NCBI RefSeq assembly: GCF_009834535.1
Contig: NC_045697.1
Span: forward strand, 57,600,001-57,664,000
Source of the DNA: Camelus ferus
Taxonomy: Eukaryota
DNA length: 64,000 nucleotides
Reading direction: 5' to 3'
Part shown: positions 52,261-64,000 of the stretch, one piece after another
How the letters are laid out: each line of letters begins with the position of its first letter
Position numbering within the stretch: position 1 is the first letter of the stretch
Program-made: the position numbers and the translations under genes
The notes under the pieces: generated by a model
Seen by the model: only the letters and a program-made list of their open reading frames with translations
Database searches by the model: none
Told to the model about the DNA's origin: nothing

Positions 52261-54014
52261 GAACAGTCATCCCTTCTCTCTTGATCTAGCGGTGAATCTA
52301 AGTGTGATTTTCCATACCGTTGCTTACATTTATCTCAGTATCAAAAGGAAGTATTTCTTCCGAGTATTTTCTTGATGACTAAAAAAAAAAAAAAAGTTTA
52401 AGTTAAATGTTAATTTTGCTGTTAGTCACTAACTTTTCACACCTTGCTGTTAATGCAGATAGATACTAATTTAAATGTGATTTCCTTAGGGGATTTTGAA
52501 TCAGTGAAGCACAATAGTGGTAGCAATGGCCCAAATACATTAGCATCTTTAGTTATCACTATCCTAAGGAGAGAGGTGTAAAACCATTTGTCCTTCCATG
52601 GTTGCCGCATAATTTTCTCTCAGCTTCTCATACCCATTTGTCATAATACATTGTACCACTTCCCACATGTTTCAAAATCCTGTGCATGTAAAAACTTGGC
52701 TCTTTTTTGTAAAGTGAGGGATGGTGAAAGTCAGCAAGGAAGGCTTTGGCAGGTAAAAGTCAATTCAATCTTCAGGACCTGCATCATGATGATGAAGAGG
52801 AGGAGGAGAATGATAACAACATCATGATGATAAATCCAGTACCACAGCCAATTAAACTTCATGAAAGACAGTCCTAATATAGATTCTCTCATTAAAACAA
52901 CAAAAACAAACAAGATTAAACAGCTTACAGGTGCCTGTGAATAAATTTGGATGCATTTGCAAAGGCAGGTTTTGCTCTCAGCAAAACCAACTGGAGCGTT
53001 TCATACAATAGCTGTGCTCCACAGTTTCAGTCTGCAGGACTATAAGGGAATTCCTGATTGCTTTATATTGGATCTCTTACTAACAGTACTCAAAACCTGA
53101 AGTTGTTGATCTTAGATATTGCCTCTCTTAATGATTCCCAGTTCTCCTTAGTGCCACCTAAATTATTCAGATATTGGTTTATCAAGTCTCTTCTCTATTG
53201 CCTCTTTTTAAAACTCCCTGCTGGGCTTGAATGTGCACAGAGGAATGCTCAGATAAAATAAAGAAGGAATTTAAGAGCAATAAAAGTGCTGTCTTTCTCT
53301 ACTCCAATAAGAACATTTAAGACACACGTGAGATTATTTTGCTCTCACTTTTATTACAACATCTTTACTCAAATTGGCAAAGTAGACAAACCATTATTCT
53401 GGTGTGATCTTTGTAATACTAAAATGCAGGGGTTGGTGATACAATAACAAGCTTAAAGATTTTCTTTCTCCCAAGGTATCAGCCCACATATAAATGGTGT
53501 ATCTATTGTAGAGTCTGCTTTATTGTTTTGTAGTTATAAGGCATCCAGGAAAACAAAAAACAAAATATAGTATAGTAATATATTCTGTATAATATAGTCT
53601 GTGAGGATCTTATACAAGATTTAAACATGTCTCTAAAAAACCCTAATTAACTAAGCCATGCCTCTTTATTTTTACCTTAGTCTAAATACAGCAAATAATA
53701 TTAATAAAGATTAGCATACTAATCTTCCAAATATCCTTAAATTAAGAAATTGAAATAATTTCTTGCATGAATTATTGGGTGTTTGACAATTTTACAATGA
53801 AATTTTTTTGGAGTCATTAAAGATATTATCATCCTTTCTTTCACTTAAGAAAAACAGACAAACTGCATCCAGACAAGGCTTAAATTTATTGTTAAGTGTT
53901 TAGCTGTCATTATGTATTTTTTATTTACTCATTCTGTAAAGTCTGCATTGTCATGTGCAGCTTCTGAAGTCTCTGCTCAGTTACGTTATTCATCAGCTAC
54001 TGAATAAATGCCTT

Positions 54015-54830
54015 TGACTGATACATCTCCACCTTTGCCAAAGGGCCTGCCTGTATGTGGTGTAGCACTCCTTCAGTACTTCAGCAGTCTGCAGCACTGT
54101 CTCCACCTCCACATCATGACTGTCAAGAGCCTCAGGGTAGGTCAGAGATTAGAGATTAGGGCTTTCTCAGGTGTTTGCTGGGCATGAGCAAGCTATATCT
54201 TTCTACATCCCAGAGATTATTTCAGAGCTCTCCAAAACCCCCTGTTGACATCTCATTCTCTAAATTTTTCTTTTAAGCATTTCAGCCAGGCTTGTGTTTA
54301 GCAAAAATAATATTGTCACCTAGTATGGTTGCAATGTTAAATAATTTCAGGCCAATTATTTTTAGCAAATGCTTTGGGAATAAAATTTCTCATTGAAGGA
54401 GCTTTGAGTCAGGTCAAATAAAGACAATCTCTGTGATTGGGGTTTTATTTACAGTTATACTGGACACATCAAGTAGTTATCTGGGGGTAGGCCTTTGGGG
54501 GAGCTACAAAGCCGTTCTTTCACCTCCAGCAGTTGTTAGGCTGCTCGTTTTCCCAGTTGCCATGGATGTAGGGCTGCTGTCTGTCAAGGTGAACACAGAT
54601 CTGGACCAAGGGGACTGTAATGAGGCAAGTTAGAATGCAATCAAGTTTTCTTCTCCTCCTGGGAGACAGCTACTTTTTTGAAGAAACACTTCTCAGATTG
54701 CTTAAAGCTTTGGATTAATTTTCTGAGTTCTGAAAATACTGATTTTGACCACTTTCCAATGTTTTTCGCTGTTGTTTTTATGGAAGGGTGGCTTTATAGA
54801 GACCCTTACTCTACCATTCTAGAAATGCTT
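54015..54830 (-). mobile_element. Old L1M 5' end (5' UTR region)
   Basis: 'gagctttgagtcaggtcaaataaagaca...ttaattttctgagttctgaaaatactgattttgac...ccttactctaccatt' resembles reverse L1M 5'-end consensus. Confidence 0.65.
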
Positions 54831-55925
54831 CTCTACCTCCTCATTATTTAATATGATCTTTAAAATAATACAGTGTCTTAATCACTATGTTTAGTATGTC
54901 TGAGTTCTAAATATATTTGTGTTCTGTTAAATATTTTCTTCCCTAGTAGAAAAATGTCCTTTAATACATAATTTGTCTCACATAAAAAAAATCCAATGTT
55001 TGTAACGTATTTTGCTATATTATTTAAGATTATTCAGTTCTACTATAGAAATTAAGACACTATGAATAGAATCAAGTAACTTTTAAAATATTTCAGAAAC
55101 AGGTAAAGTAAGTAGTTCATATATGTGCTGAATGAATAAAAGAACCAAGTATAAAGCAAACATAAAACACATGAAGCAATATAAAACACATGAGGTCCCA
55201 AATATTCACAAAGCCTTAAGTTGGCCACTCATTCAGAGTGCCTACCCATAGCACATGTACATTCTCCCCTAGACATGCAAGTAGATAAAAGCAGTAATTG
55301 CTTTGCAGATAATCTATGACTTAGCAGTTATTGACCAGGGGTATTCTTCCTATTTAAAATCTTCAGCTTTCTCATTTTGTTATTCATGAATTTCACTTTT
55401 ACATGGCTTCTGTTGCTTCCTCATTATATTCTGTTTTGTTACTTTTAGCTTCTTTTTTCACTAAACATTAAGTAATGACTAACCTATATCTGTTCTTCCA
55501 CCCAAGAGAAGAAAATCCATTTGATTCCATGAATCACAGTCATCATTATTTAGAAGGAGATTTAGTACAGGACTTCTCAAAGATAGCTGACCTGGATAGA
55601 ATTAAGAATCACCTGCATTAGATTAAAATTGATTCTGGAAGCTGTGGATGGGAGAGGTATACCAGTGGATATCAGGACAACTCATTTGTGATTAGTGGAT
55701 AGGGTCAAAAGCCTAAGGATAAAAGTAATCTGGCAGCTGACTTCTGGTCATACTGTCCTCATTAGCCATGTCACACATGGGGATTTTTAATACTGCTTCC
55801 TTTCCTCTGTCCTCCTTGTCAGAATGTTATCAATAGACAAACTCATCTGACAGCCACTTGTATTCTGAGAAAATTTTGGGTTGCATAAGTAGATGTTTCT
55901 TCTCAAAGAATTACCTTTCATATAT

Positions 55926-56412
55926 TGTTCTGGGTGGGTTATCATGAGCTAAGTGAACCTGCATGAGCTTTGGAAGGCAGAAGCGAAGCAGCAACCATGT
56001 TAGGAAGGTGGGTATAGTCACCAGATCCTGTTGTTGCTCAGAAACTTTTTGATGAGTTACTATCTCTCCCTGTTGATTTGCAACAGCATCTGGGTCTATA
56101 GCTACTCCAGGAGCCCCCATCTCCTCCATCAACTCTTCTAGCTCCTGGACCAGGTGTATATTCAGTCCATGATAAAAGTGTACAGCTTCCCCTGCATATG
56201 TGACCTTTATCACCAATGTTGGCAGCTTAGAGGCATGGCAGACCAACACAGGTTCCAACTTTTACTTAGAGGTTTCAACTCTTCCTTGTTCCCTCTCACT
56301 TCATGTCCATGTTTCCTTTCCAATTGCCTGTCTTTCTGAATTCAGTCATAGCCAGATGAAGAAGGAATAGACAGTGTTTAACCATCTGGCACAACTGTTT
56401 AAAATCAAATTC
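55926..56412 (+). mobile_element. Old ERVL-class LTR, 5' portion; its 3' tip appears to resume at about 57870-57930 after the L1 insertions
   Basis: 'tgttctgggtgg...ttggaaggcagaagcgaagcagcaaccatg...tttaaccatctggcacaactg' resembles remembered ERVL LTRs; subfamily not assigned. Confidence 0.5.
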
Positions 56413-56419
56413 TTTTAAA

Positions 56420-57678
56420 AATTTTTAATATTTTTTTAATTGAAGTAAAGTCAGTTTATGATGTGTGAATTTCTGGTGTACAGCATAATGTTTCAGTCAT
56501 ACATATACATACATATATTCCTTTTCATATTATTTTTCACTATAGGTTACTATAAGATATTGAATATAAATTCTCTGTGCTGTACAATATAAACTTGTTT
56601 ATTTTATATGTAGTTGTTAGTATCTGCAAATCTCAAACTCTTAATTTATCCCTTCCCACCCTCTTTCCCCCCTGGTAACCATAAGGTTGTTTTCTATGTC
56701 TGTAAGTCTGTCTCTGTTTTGTGAATGAGTTCAATCAGGTCTCTCTCTCTATCTCTCTTTTTTTTTTTTTTTAGATTCCACATAAGAATGATATCATATG
56801 GTATTTTTATTTCTCTTCTGGCTTACTTCACTTAGAATGATGAATTCCAGGTCTATCCATGTTACTGGAAATGGCATTTTTCTTTTTTATGGGTGAGTAG
56901 TATTCCTTGGTATATATATACCATAGCTTCTTTATCTAGTCATCTATCAATGGACATTTAGGTTTCCATGTCTTGGCTATTGTACATAGTGCTTCTGTGA
57001 ACATTGGGGTACATGTACCTGTTTGAATTTGAGTTCCTTCTCAATACATGCCCAGGAGTAGGATTGCTAAATCATGTGGTAAGTCTATTTTCAGTTTTTT
57101 TGAGGAATCTCCATACTGTTTTTCATAATGGCTGCACCAAACATTCCCACAGGATGGTTCCCTTTTCTCCACAGTCTCCCCAGCATTTGTTTGTGGACTT
57201 TGAATAATGGCCATTCTAACTGGTGTGAGGTGATAAATCATTGTAGTTTTGATTTGCATTTCTCTGACAATTAGTAATATTGAGCATTTCTTCATGTGCC
57301 TTTTGGCCATTTGTATATCTTCACTGGAGAATTGCTTGTTTAGGTTTTCTGCTCATTTTTGAATTGGATTGTTTGGGATTTTTCTTATTAAGTTAGTTGT
57401 ATGAGCTGTTTATATATTCTGGAAATTAAGCCCATGTCATTTGCAGATATTTTCTCCCATCCTACAGGTTGTCTTTTTTGTTTTGTTTTTGGCTTCCTTT
57501 GCTGTGCAAAAGCTTATAAGTTTAATTAGGTCCCATTTGTTTATTTTTGCTTTTATTTCTATTGCCTGGATAGATGGCCCTAGGAGAACATTGCTAAGAT
57601 TTATATCAGAAAATGTTTTGCCTGTGTTTTCTTCTAGGAGATTCAAGTGTCTTGTTTAATATTTAAGTCTTTAAGTCA
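56420..57678 (-). mobile_element. Young 5'-truncated L1 (about 1.25 kb; ORF2 C-terminal region and 3' UTR), frameshifted
   Basis: Minus ORFs 57437..57646 ('AIEIKAKINKWDLIKLISFCTAKE') and 57041..57310 ('[10 protein letters not shown]...[20 protein letters not shown]') are L1 ORF2 peptides; T-rich tail at about 56420-56440. Confidence 0.95.
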
Positions 57679-57867
57679 TTTTTTTAAATCAAAATATAGA
57701 CAGTTTACAGTGTTGTATTAATTTTTGGTGTACAGCATAATGTTTGTTATACATGTACATACATATATTCCTTTTCATATTCTTTTTCATTATAGGTTAC
57801 TACAAGATACTGAATATAGCTCTCTGTGCTATAGAGCATAAACTTGTTTATCTATTTTATATATAGT
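57679..57867 (-). mobile_element. Second short L1 3' end (about 190 bp), tandem to the longer L1
   Basis: Repeats, with substitutions, 'ggtgtacagcataatgttt...catacatatattccttttcatatt...tataggttact' of 56475-56610. Confidence 0.9.
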
Positions 57868-58299
57868 AATTATATTAAATTCCATATTCTATACTTTTTT
57901 CTAGTTTTTGTTTACTCTTTGATAGAATTAAGAAAAAGTAAAGCTCTCTTACTTCTTTTATTATGCTGTTTTGAGTGTATACTATGATCCTTCCTTAGCA
58001 GAAATTTGTTGACCTTGTTTCCATATGGTTACTCACCTTTTTTTATTTCTGGTATCCCTACCACTACCAATAAACTACCTCATGAAAGCTAAAAGCCTGA
58101 GAAAACAGCAAGGATGAGGAAAATCTTTCAAGCAGTAAAATTAATAAGTAAGCAAAATTGAGTAGTTAGTACTGAAAATGTCTGTGATTTAGAGTTGTGG
58201 AATGTCTGAATTATATTAAATTGTCATATAATACCAACATATGCAATGTTCTTTAGGAAAAATTACACATATTTCTTTTACAACTGCTCTTTGAGGAAG

Positions 58300-58464
58300 G
58301 AGTGATGGGCTGGAGGCATCTTGCACTGGCTTGCAAAAGCCTATTGTATAGCTCTTTCCAATTCTCCTTTCAGTAGTGTCATTTATGTCACAGAATTGCC
58401 AAATATTACAAACTGAGATACCCCAACCAAGAGCCAGGTTTTAGACATTTACCAGCACCCCATA
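58300..58464 (+). mobile_element. MER63-like hAT-Blackjack DNA transposon
   Basis: 'agtgatgggctggaggcatcttgcactggcttgcaaaagcctattgt...agacatttaccagcacccca'. Confidence 0.7.
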
Positions 58465-59749
58465 TTAGGGATGTATCATCCCTGTATTACAAGGATTAAA
58501 ATTGAACTGCAGAGTATTAAATTTTTTTCTCAGTGACATAAGACAGTATGCTAAGAAAATACAATAGGTGTGCATTTTTACCAGGTTTTTTTCATTAAGG
58601 ATAAGTTCTTGACAAAAAAAGAAAAAAAAGGATGAAGAGACATGGTTTTGTGAACACCACCTATGAAGTATTAGTTTCTCGGCGAAACTAGTTTAGAAAC
58701 TACTTTACGAATCCAGCTTCTTGATTCTATTCCTAGTATCTTGTATTTTCTATAGGAGAGTTGAATAGTCTTAAATAATATAGAAAATATATTGAATCGT
58801 ATTGGATTTTTTATTATTTGACATAAATTACATAGCTCATAAAATAGTGGATAATAGAAAAATGAGCAAAACAATTTTCTTTTACACTAAGCAGATATAT
58901 CTTCAATAACTTGAACATGAGTTTGTATAAATCACCTTTTGTTTCATGTGTTTTTTCAGTGGCACAACTATGTTAGCTTCATGTAACTGTGCTTTTTAGG
59001 ATATAAATTTGTTTTAGTGGATGACTACCTTTCAGCATGAGCTGCATAAATAAACTAAAGAAAAGATGTATCTGAATTTACTATCTGATTTGTGTGTAAA
59101 TAGATTTCCAAGAAGTCAAATTAGCTGTTTAAGTCTTTTTTGTAGAGGCTGTTTCCAGAGAGCATGGGTAAAGTCTCAACAGAAAGGTCAGTTAGCCACC
59201 AAACTCTTCAATATTATCCAGTTTACAACAGACACAATTTTTTTATAAAGCAGGTGAGAGCAAAGTATATCTTAATGGTGAAAAGTATACTTCCAAGTGC
59301 ACTTTTTGAGAAAGGTCTCAATAAACTACAATGATGGTAAGAAATAGGTATTGGTGAAGTTATACACACGACATCTGTCAAAATGAGATTAAATGAAACT
59401 GAACAGTCTAGTCACAAAAAATGAGCACAAAATCTTCAATAGAAAAGATTTGTAGGTTATATGTGATTTGGATCTGTGATCCCTTAATGCAGTACAATAG
59501 GGCCTGTCAATTCTAACAGTATGTGAGTATTTTAACAGTGATATCACCCTTGAACCAGTTATCAGATAGAAAATAATGAGTTAAATATCTGGTCATACTC
59601 TCTTGATAGTAGAAAATCTATCACTAATATGAATTTTTTTAAAAAAAATCCCCAGTCAAATAGTGATCTGTGTTAAGTCCTAATCATATTTGTACACCTA
59701 TAGGAAGATATCATTAGATATGGGGAAAGCAAAAAAAAAAAAAAAAAAA

Positions 59750-60480
59750 GCTAGAAGAATATTAACAGATTGAGGACATTGGAAATACCCTCATGCTGAG
59801 GGCACTTGCTGCTTTGAAAGGCTTGGTACTGCTTGTTCTTTGGAGACCAGGATGACAAAGGAGGAAGCTGTCAAGGAGTTGGAACACTAGATATTATTGT
59901 AGGTCATGGGAATCTCAGATTGTGGAGGCCAGTTATCTCTTTAACTACACAAAGTGGCATAACTTAAACAATGAAGGATAGTATTCAGAATGCCTTGACC
60001 TAGAGGGAGCTCTGGTATTGAATAGTAGATCACTTTCCAAAGCCAAGAAAGTTGGTGAGATGACCAAAGTTTTGCTCAATTTGTAGAATAAGACAAAACA
60101 GGAAGATATTTTCAGCCACCCCAGTGTAAAATTTTGGTAGCCTGCTCAATTTTGAGGTCTGAGCCACTTCATAGATACCACCCAGTGACTAGAGGCTGAG
60201 TCCCATTGAATAGGGCCAAAAACAAAAACAAAAACCACTGCAAGTAATCTCAATACATAATCCTTCAATTCTCTGTAAGATATTTGTTAGCTGTTTGACA
60301 TGGTAATAGTGCACAAGGGAAAATGGATTATCCAGCTATTTCAAAGACTTCTAGATACAGGTATGCACTAACACCAATGCCAGGAACATGGACTGCTTTT
60401 GATGGGTTTCTGGGTAGAGTTGGTGCTTAATGAAAGGAGATAAATGGAATGTTGACCCAAGTTCATGTTATAGAAGTCAG
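59750..60480 (+). mobile_element. ERVL-type internal remnant (gag C-terminus and protease)
   Basis: 60303-60362 translates VIVHKGKWIIQLFQRLLDTG, the retroviral aspartic-protease DTG motif in an ERVL-like context (remembered as about VTVHWGKG..QTF.GLLDTG). Stops and frameshifts nearby. Confidence 0.8.
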
Positions 60481-60709
60481 CTGTCAGTTTTCTGTTTTAC
60501 TTTGAAGATAGAGTATCTTTTTCTAGTGCCTGTTTTTAACAAATCTCTTTGTCTTTTGTTTGCATTGTTTGCATTAGTTCTACTAGGAAATAATATGGAG
60601 TGATTTTTCTTTGTATGTAATTTGATTCAGGTCTATAGTAATTGTTTTCTTAACTAGATATATGTATTTTTTTTCAAAAGTACAACTTTCATACATAGTT
60701 GAATTTAAC

Positions 60710-61130
60710 ACCATCAAGTACACATTTTTCTCAAGCTCACATAGAACATTCACCAAGGTAGATCACATTCTAACCCATAAGCATACCTTAACACATTTGA
60801 AAACAAAAATAGAAATTACACAATGTCTGCTCTCAGACCACAATAATTTTAAACCAGAAACCAATAAGACAAAGATAACTGGAAAATCCCCAAATATATG
60901 GAGATGAAATAACACACTTCTAAATAACACATAGGTCAAAGAAGAAATCTAAGATAAATAAAAAGATTTTAAACTAAGTGAAAATAAAAACATGACTTAT
61001 TAAAATTTGTCAGATGCAGTGAAAGCAGTGCTTAGAGGGTAATTTATAGGATTGAATGTGTATATTATAAAAGAAGAAAGATATAATACAGTAAGTTTCT
61101 ACCTTAGCAAACTAGAAACAAAGAACATAA
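60710..61130 (+). mobile_element. L1 ORF2 endonuclease-domain fragment
   Basis: ORF 60662..60907 contains 'YTFFSSSHRTFTKVDHIL...LSDHN', L1 endonuclease motifs. Confidence 0.9.
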
Positions 61131-61214
61131 TTATATCATACAGAGTATTTTTACCTCCTTAAAGTCCTCCATGCTCTGTTTATTCTTCTTTCTCCTCTCC
61201 CTCACTCTTCACAG

Positions 61215-62460
61215 CTACTGAATGCTTATGGAATACCAGGCAGTGTTCTGATTATTGATGATACAGAGTTGAATGAAATAGTCAGGATCCTTGTGACATT
61301 ATACTGTTAACTAGTAAATAAACAATTAGTTACAGCATTTTACAAGAATTATGTAGAAAATAAACAGCTTGCTGCATAGAAACAAACAGGAATAGTCCAT
61401 TTTTTTTTTTGAGATTGTGCATTCAGGATAAACTTTTGAGATAAAATGACATGTAAAATAAGACCAACAAACTAGGAAAACTAAGATAGGCAAGAACAAT
61501 AAAGGAACAGCACATGTAAAAAGCATCAGATAAGAAAGAAAGGAAATGTGCCAAGAACTGAAAGAAAATCTATGGGCTAGAAGAGAGTGAAGGTGAGTGA
61601 GTGACATGAAATGTGATTGGAGATGTAAGTGGGAATCGACTAACACAGAGCCAAGTAAGGTATGTGTTGTGGGCTGAATTTTGTACCCTAAAAATCCAGA
61701 CTTAAGCCCCAGTACCTCAGAATGTAACTATATTTGGAGATAAGGACTTTAAAGAGGTGAGTTAATTAAAATGGGAGCATTGTGTCAGACTCTAGTCCAA
61801 TATAACTGGTGTCCTTACAAGACCAGGAAGAGACACCATGAGCACCTGTGCACAGAGGAACAAAGGAGACAATGAGAGGGCAGTCATCTGCAATCAAGGA
61901 GAGGCCTCAGGGGAAACCAACTCTTCTGGCACCTTGATCATAGACGGCTAGCCTCCAGGACTGTGAGCAAAAAAAAATTTGTTTTAAGTCACCTAGCCTG
62001 TGGTATTTTGTTATGGCAGGCCTAGCAAACTAATACAATTGTGCTAGAGAATTAGTTTGCATATTTGTTTGTTTAAAAAATGCAATGAGAAATTTGTATG
62101 CAGGTGTAGGACATGATGTGATTCATGTATTTTAAAGACTATTTTGATGTCTGGGTGAAGAGTGGACTAGAAAGCAGCATTATGGAAATAGGGAACCAAT
62201 TAAGAATCTGATGAAATTATCAGGTTGAGCGGTGAGTAAGCCTGAATTATGGTTTTTATCAGGAGATATGAACTCAAAAATACATTTTAATGATATATCC
62301 TTAGAAGTATTTATATTTATATAAATATATTTATATTTCACTGAAATTGGAACAAGCAATGGTTAAAATTTTTTATTTGCATTAAGAGACAGGAGAGAGA
62401 GAGGGAGGGAGGGAAAGGGAGAGAAAAAGAGGAAGAGAGACATGGAGAAACTGGAATCAA
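61215..62460 (-). mobile_element. L2 fragment split by the MLT1 LTR at 61665-62037
   Basis: 'tactgaatgcttatggaataccaggcagtgttct...gatacagagttgaatgaaatagtc' and 'gacatgatgtgattcatgtattttaaagactattttg...gagtggactaga'. Confidence 0.7.
61665..62037 (+). mobile_element. MaLR solo LTR (MLT1A0/MLT1B-like)
   Basis: 'tgttgtgggctgaatt...cccagtacctcagaatgtaactatatttggagataagg...tgtggtattttgttatggcaggcctagcaaactaataca'. Confidence 0.9.
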
Positions 62461-63399
62461 ATGCATACATTTCTCATGCAAATCTGTTTCATTCTGCTTC
62501 TGTTAAGTAATTTCTAAACACCTTTTCTGAACATATGACTGATGTATATTCCAAGTATGATTTCTTTGTAATTTTTCTATTCCATAAATTTTCAAAGTTG
62601 TTGGGTCAGACAAATCACACATGAATGAATCAACTAAGAAACAATGAAAGGTAGTATATGAATAAATTCCAAACTAAAATCTTTTTTTGAAGGTAATTGG
62701 ACAATGTATCATTATTTTTACACTGGGACACAGTAATACCTGTTATATAATTGAGTCTGTAGACTTAGTGAAGGTTTTTATATGAGATCTTTACTGTGAA
62801 ATATTGTATAACTGAAAATAGTCCTGCTTAATGTCATTTTAATTACAAACGGATACAAATCACCACTGTGTGACAAAATGTAGAAAAAACTCTAATAAAA
62901 ATGTCTTGTGTGCTCTATTGCTTGTATTAAGAGGAACTACCTATATAAAGCACACAGCATGAACATTAGACATTGTATTCTATCATTTATGTCATTAAAG
63001 GCATTTTCTATTTTCTTAACTAAATTGCTTTTTCCCCCTTATGACCGCCACTTTCACACTAACTCTATCCTGATATTTCACATAGAAAATTTATCTGTCA
63101 TGTATGTATCATTTTAATTTAAAATTAATCTCAGCATTTAAAGGTCTACATTTTCAACAATTAATATGCTGAAGGTACTGCTATGCTATAAAACCACCCT
63201 TAACTGTACCTACTTGTGAGGTAATTTTTCTGTAAAGTGGTTATCAAAAGAAAATAAGCCTATTAAGTGCAAAAATAAAATACAGTGACAAAGCTATTCT
63301 AAATTAATGATTTTTAAAGTTTAAGTAAAATTTCATTAAAGATTTTTTTACTGTGTATTCCCCAGGTATCTGTTAGACTTGATTCATTTTTAAAGCATT

Positions 63400-64000
63400 T
63401 CCCAGCCTTAATAGCTTTTCATGCTATTTAGAGCTTTCATGTATGGGCTCCTGCCTACCCTCTTCACTTCAGCCAAAATTGTTTTCTTTGCTTCCTTCTA
63501 CACTATGACCTTTTTATGTACAGGTTCCATTTACTCTAGTCAGTTTCTACTCATCTTATGTCTCAGCCTATGTGGTCTTCCTTAAAGTCCTTTCCAGAAA
63601 ACTTTCCTTAGCACCACTCCATGGTGCCACAGTTACCACAAAAACAGGAGCACAATTTCTCTGCTCAGGTTTTTGTCACAGTGTCCTAGGGTGTTTCTGG
63701 TACTCACGCATGTGCTGAGTTATCTGATGGGACATTCTTTGTTGAATGAAGTTTCTAATCTATGAGGCACTCATGTGGTTCTGATTCAACTTCCTCCACT
63801 ATAGTTACCTCCCTAAAATTTCCCCATTTCTACAAATGGTGTCATCAACCATCCTGCTGGTCAAGTCAAAACTCTGGGAGTTAGACTTGGTCCCTCATGT
63901 TTTCTCACTCTTCCCCCATATCCAGTCTTTCAGCAAATAGTATCAATCTTACTTTAAATATGTGTCTTAAATCTGCATACTAATCCAAAACATCATCATT
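63400..64000 (+). mobile_element. L2 fragments (a 3' end at about 63750, and another piece running off the window)
   Basis: 'ttgttgaatgaa' tail; 'caaccatcctgctggtcaagtcaaaactctgggagt...ttctcactcttcccccatatccagtc'. Confidence 0.7.

Noticed and set aside
57004..57659. Overlapping ORFs on both strands
   Set aside because: Frameshifted L1 ORF2 fragments and their antisense shadows.
60662..60907. 81-aa ORF with endonuclease motifs
   Set aside because: Truncated L1 ORF2 endonuclease fossil with an early stop.

Overview
AT-rich, CpG-depleted mammalian genomic DNA, either intergenic or deep intronic. I recognise no protein-coding gene, CpG island, true RNA gene or prokaryotic feature. Two tRNA-Ala(AGC)-derived SINEs of the camelid Vic-1 type suggest a camelid (alpaca/llama/camel) genome; this is inference. 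A large share of the window is layered transposon fossils: young L1 3' ends (one 5'-inverted with a target-site duplication, TSD), old L1M pieces, L2, MIR, many MaLR/ERVL/ERV1 solo LTRs, two ERVL-internal gag/protease remnants, and MER33, MER46C, MER47 and MER63 DNA transposons. The ORF track holds mostly chance AT-rich ORFs and L1/LTR fragments. I found no convincing novel biological system. The best leads are modest: a clean 78-nt candidate exon on the minus strand, a few TE-poor unique islands, and several nested insertion histories that can be reconstructed. Repeat families were assigned by eye from remembered consensus sequences. Boundaries are approximate unless a TSD or terminal repeat is quoted, and all need RepeatMasker/Dfam confirmation.
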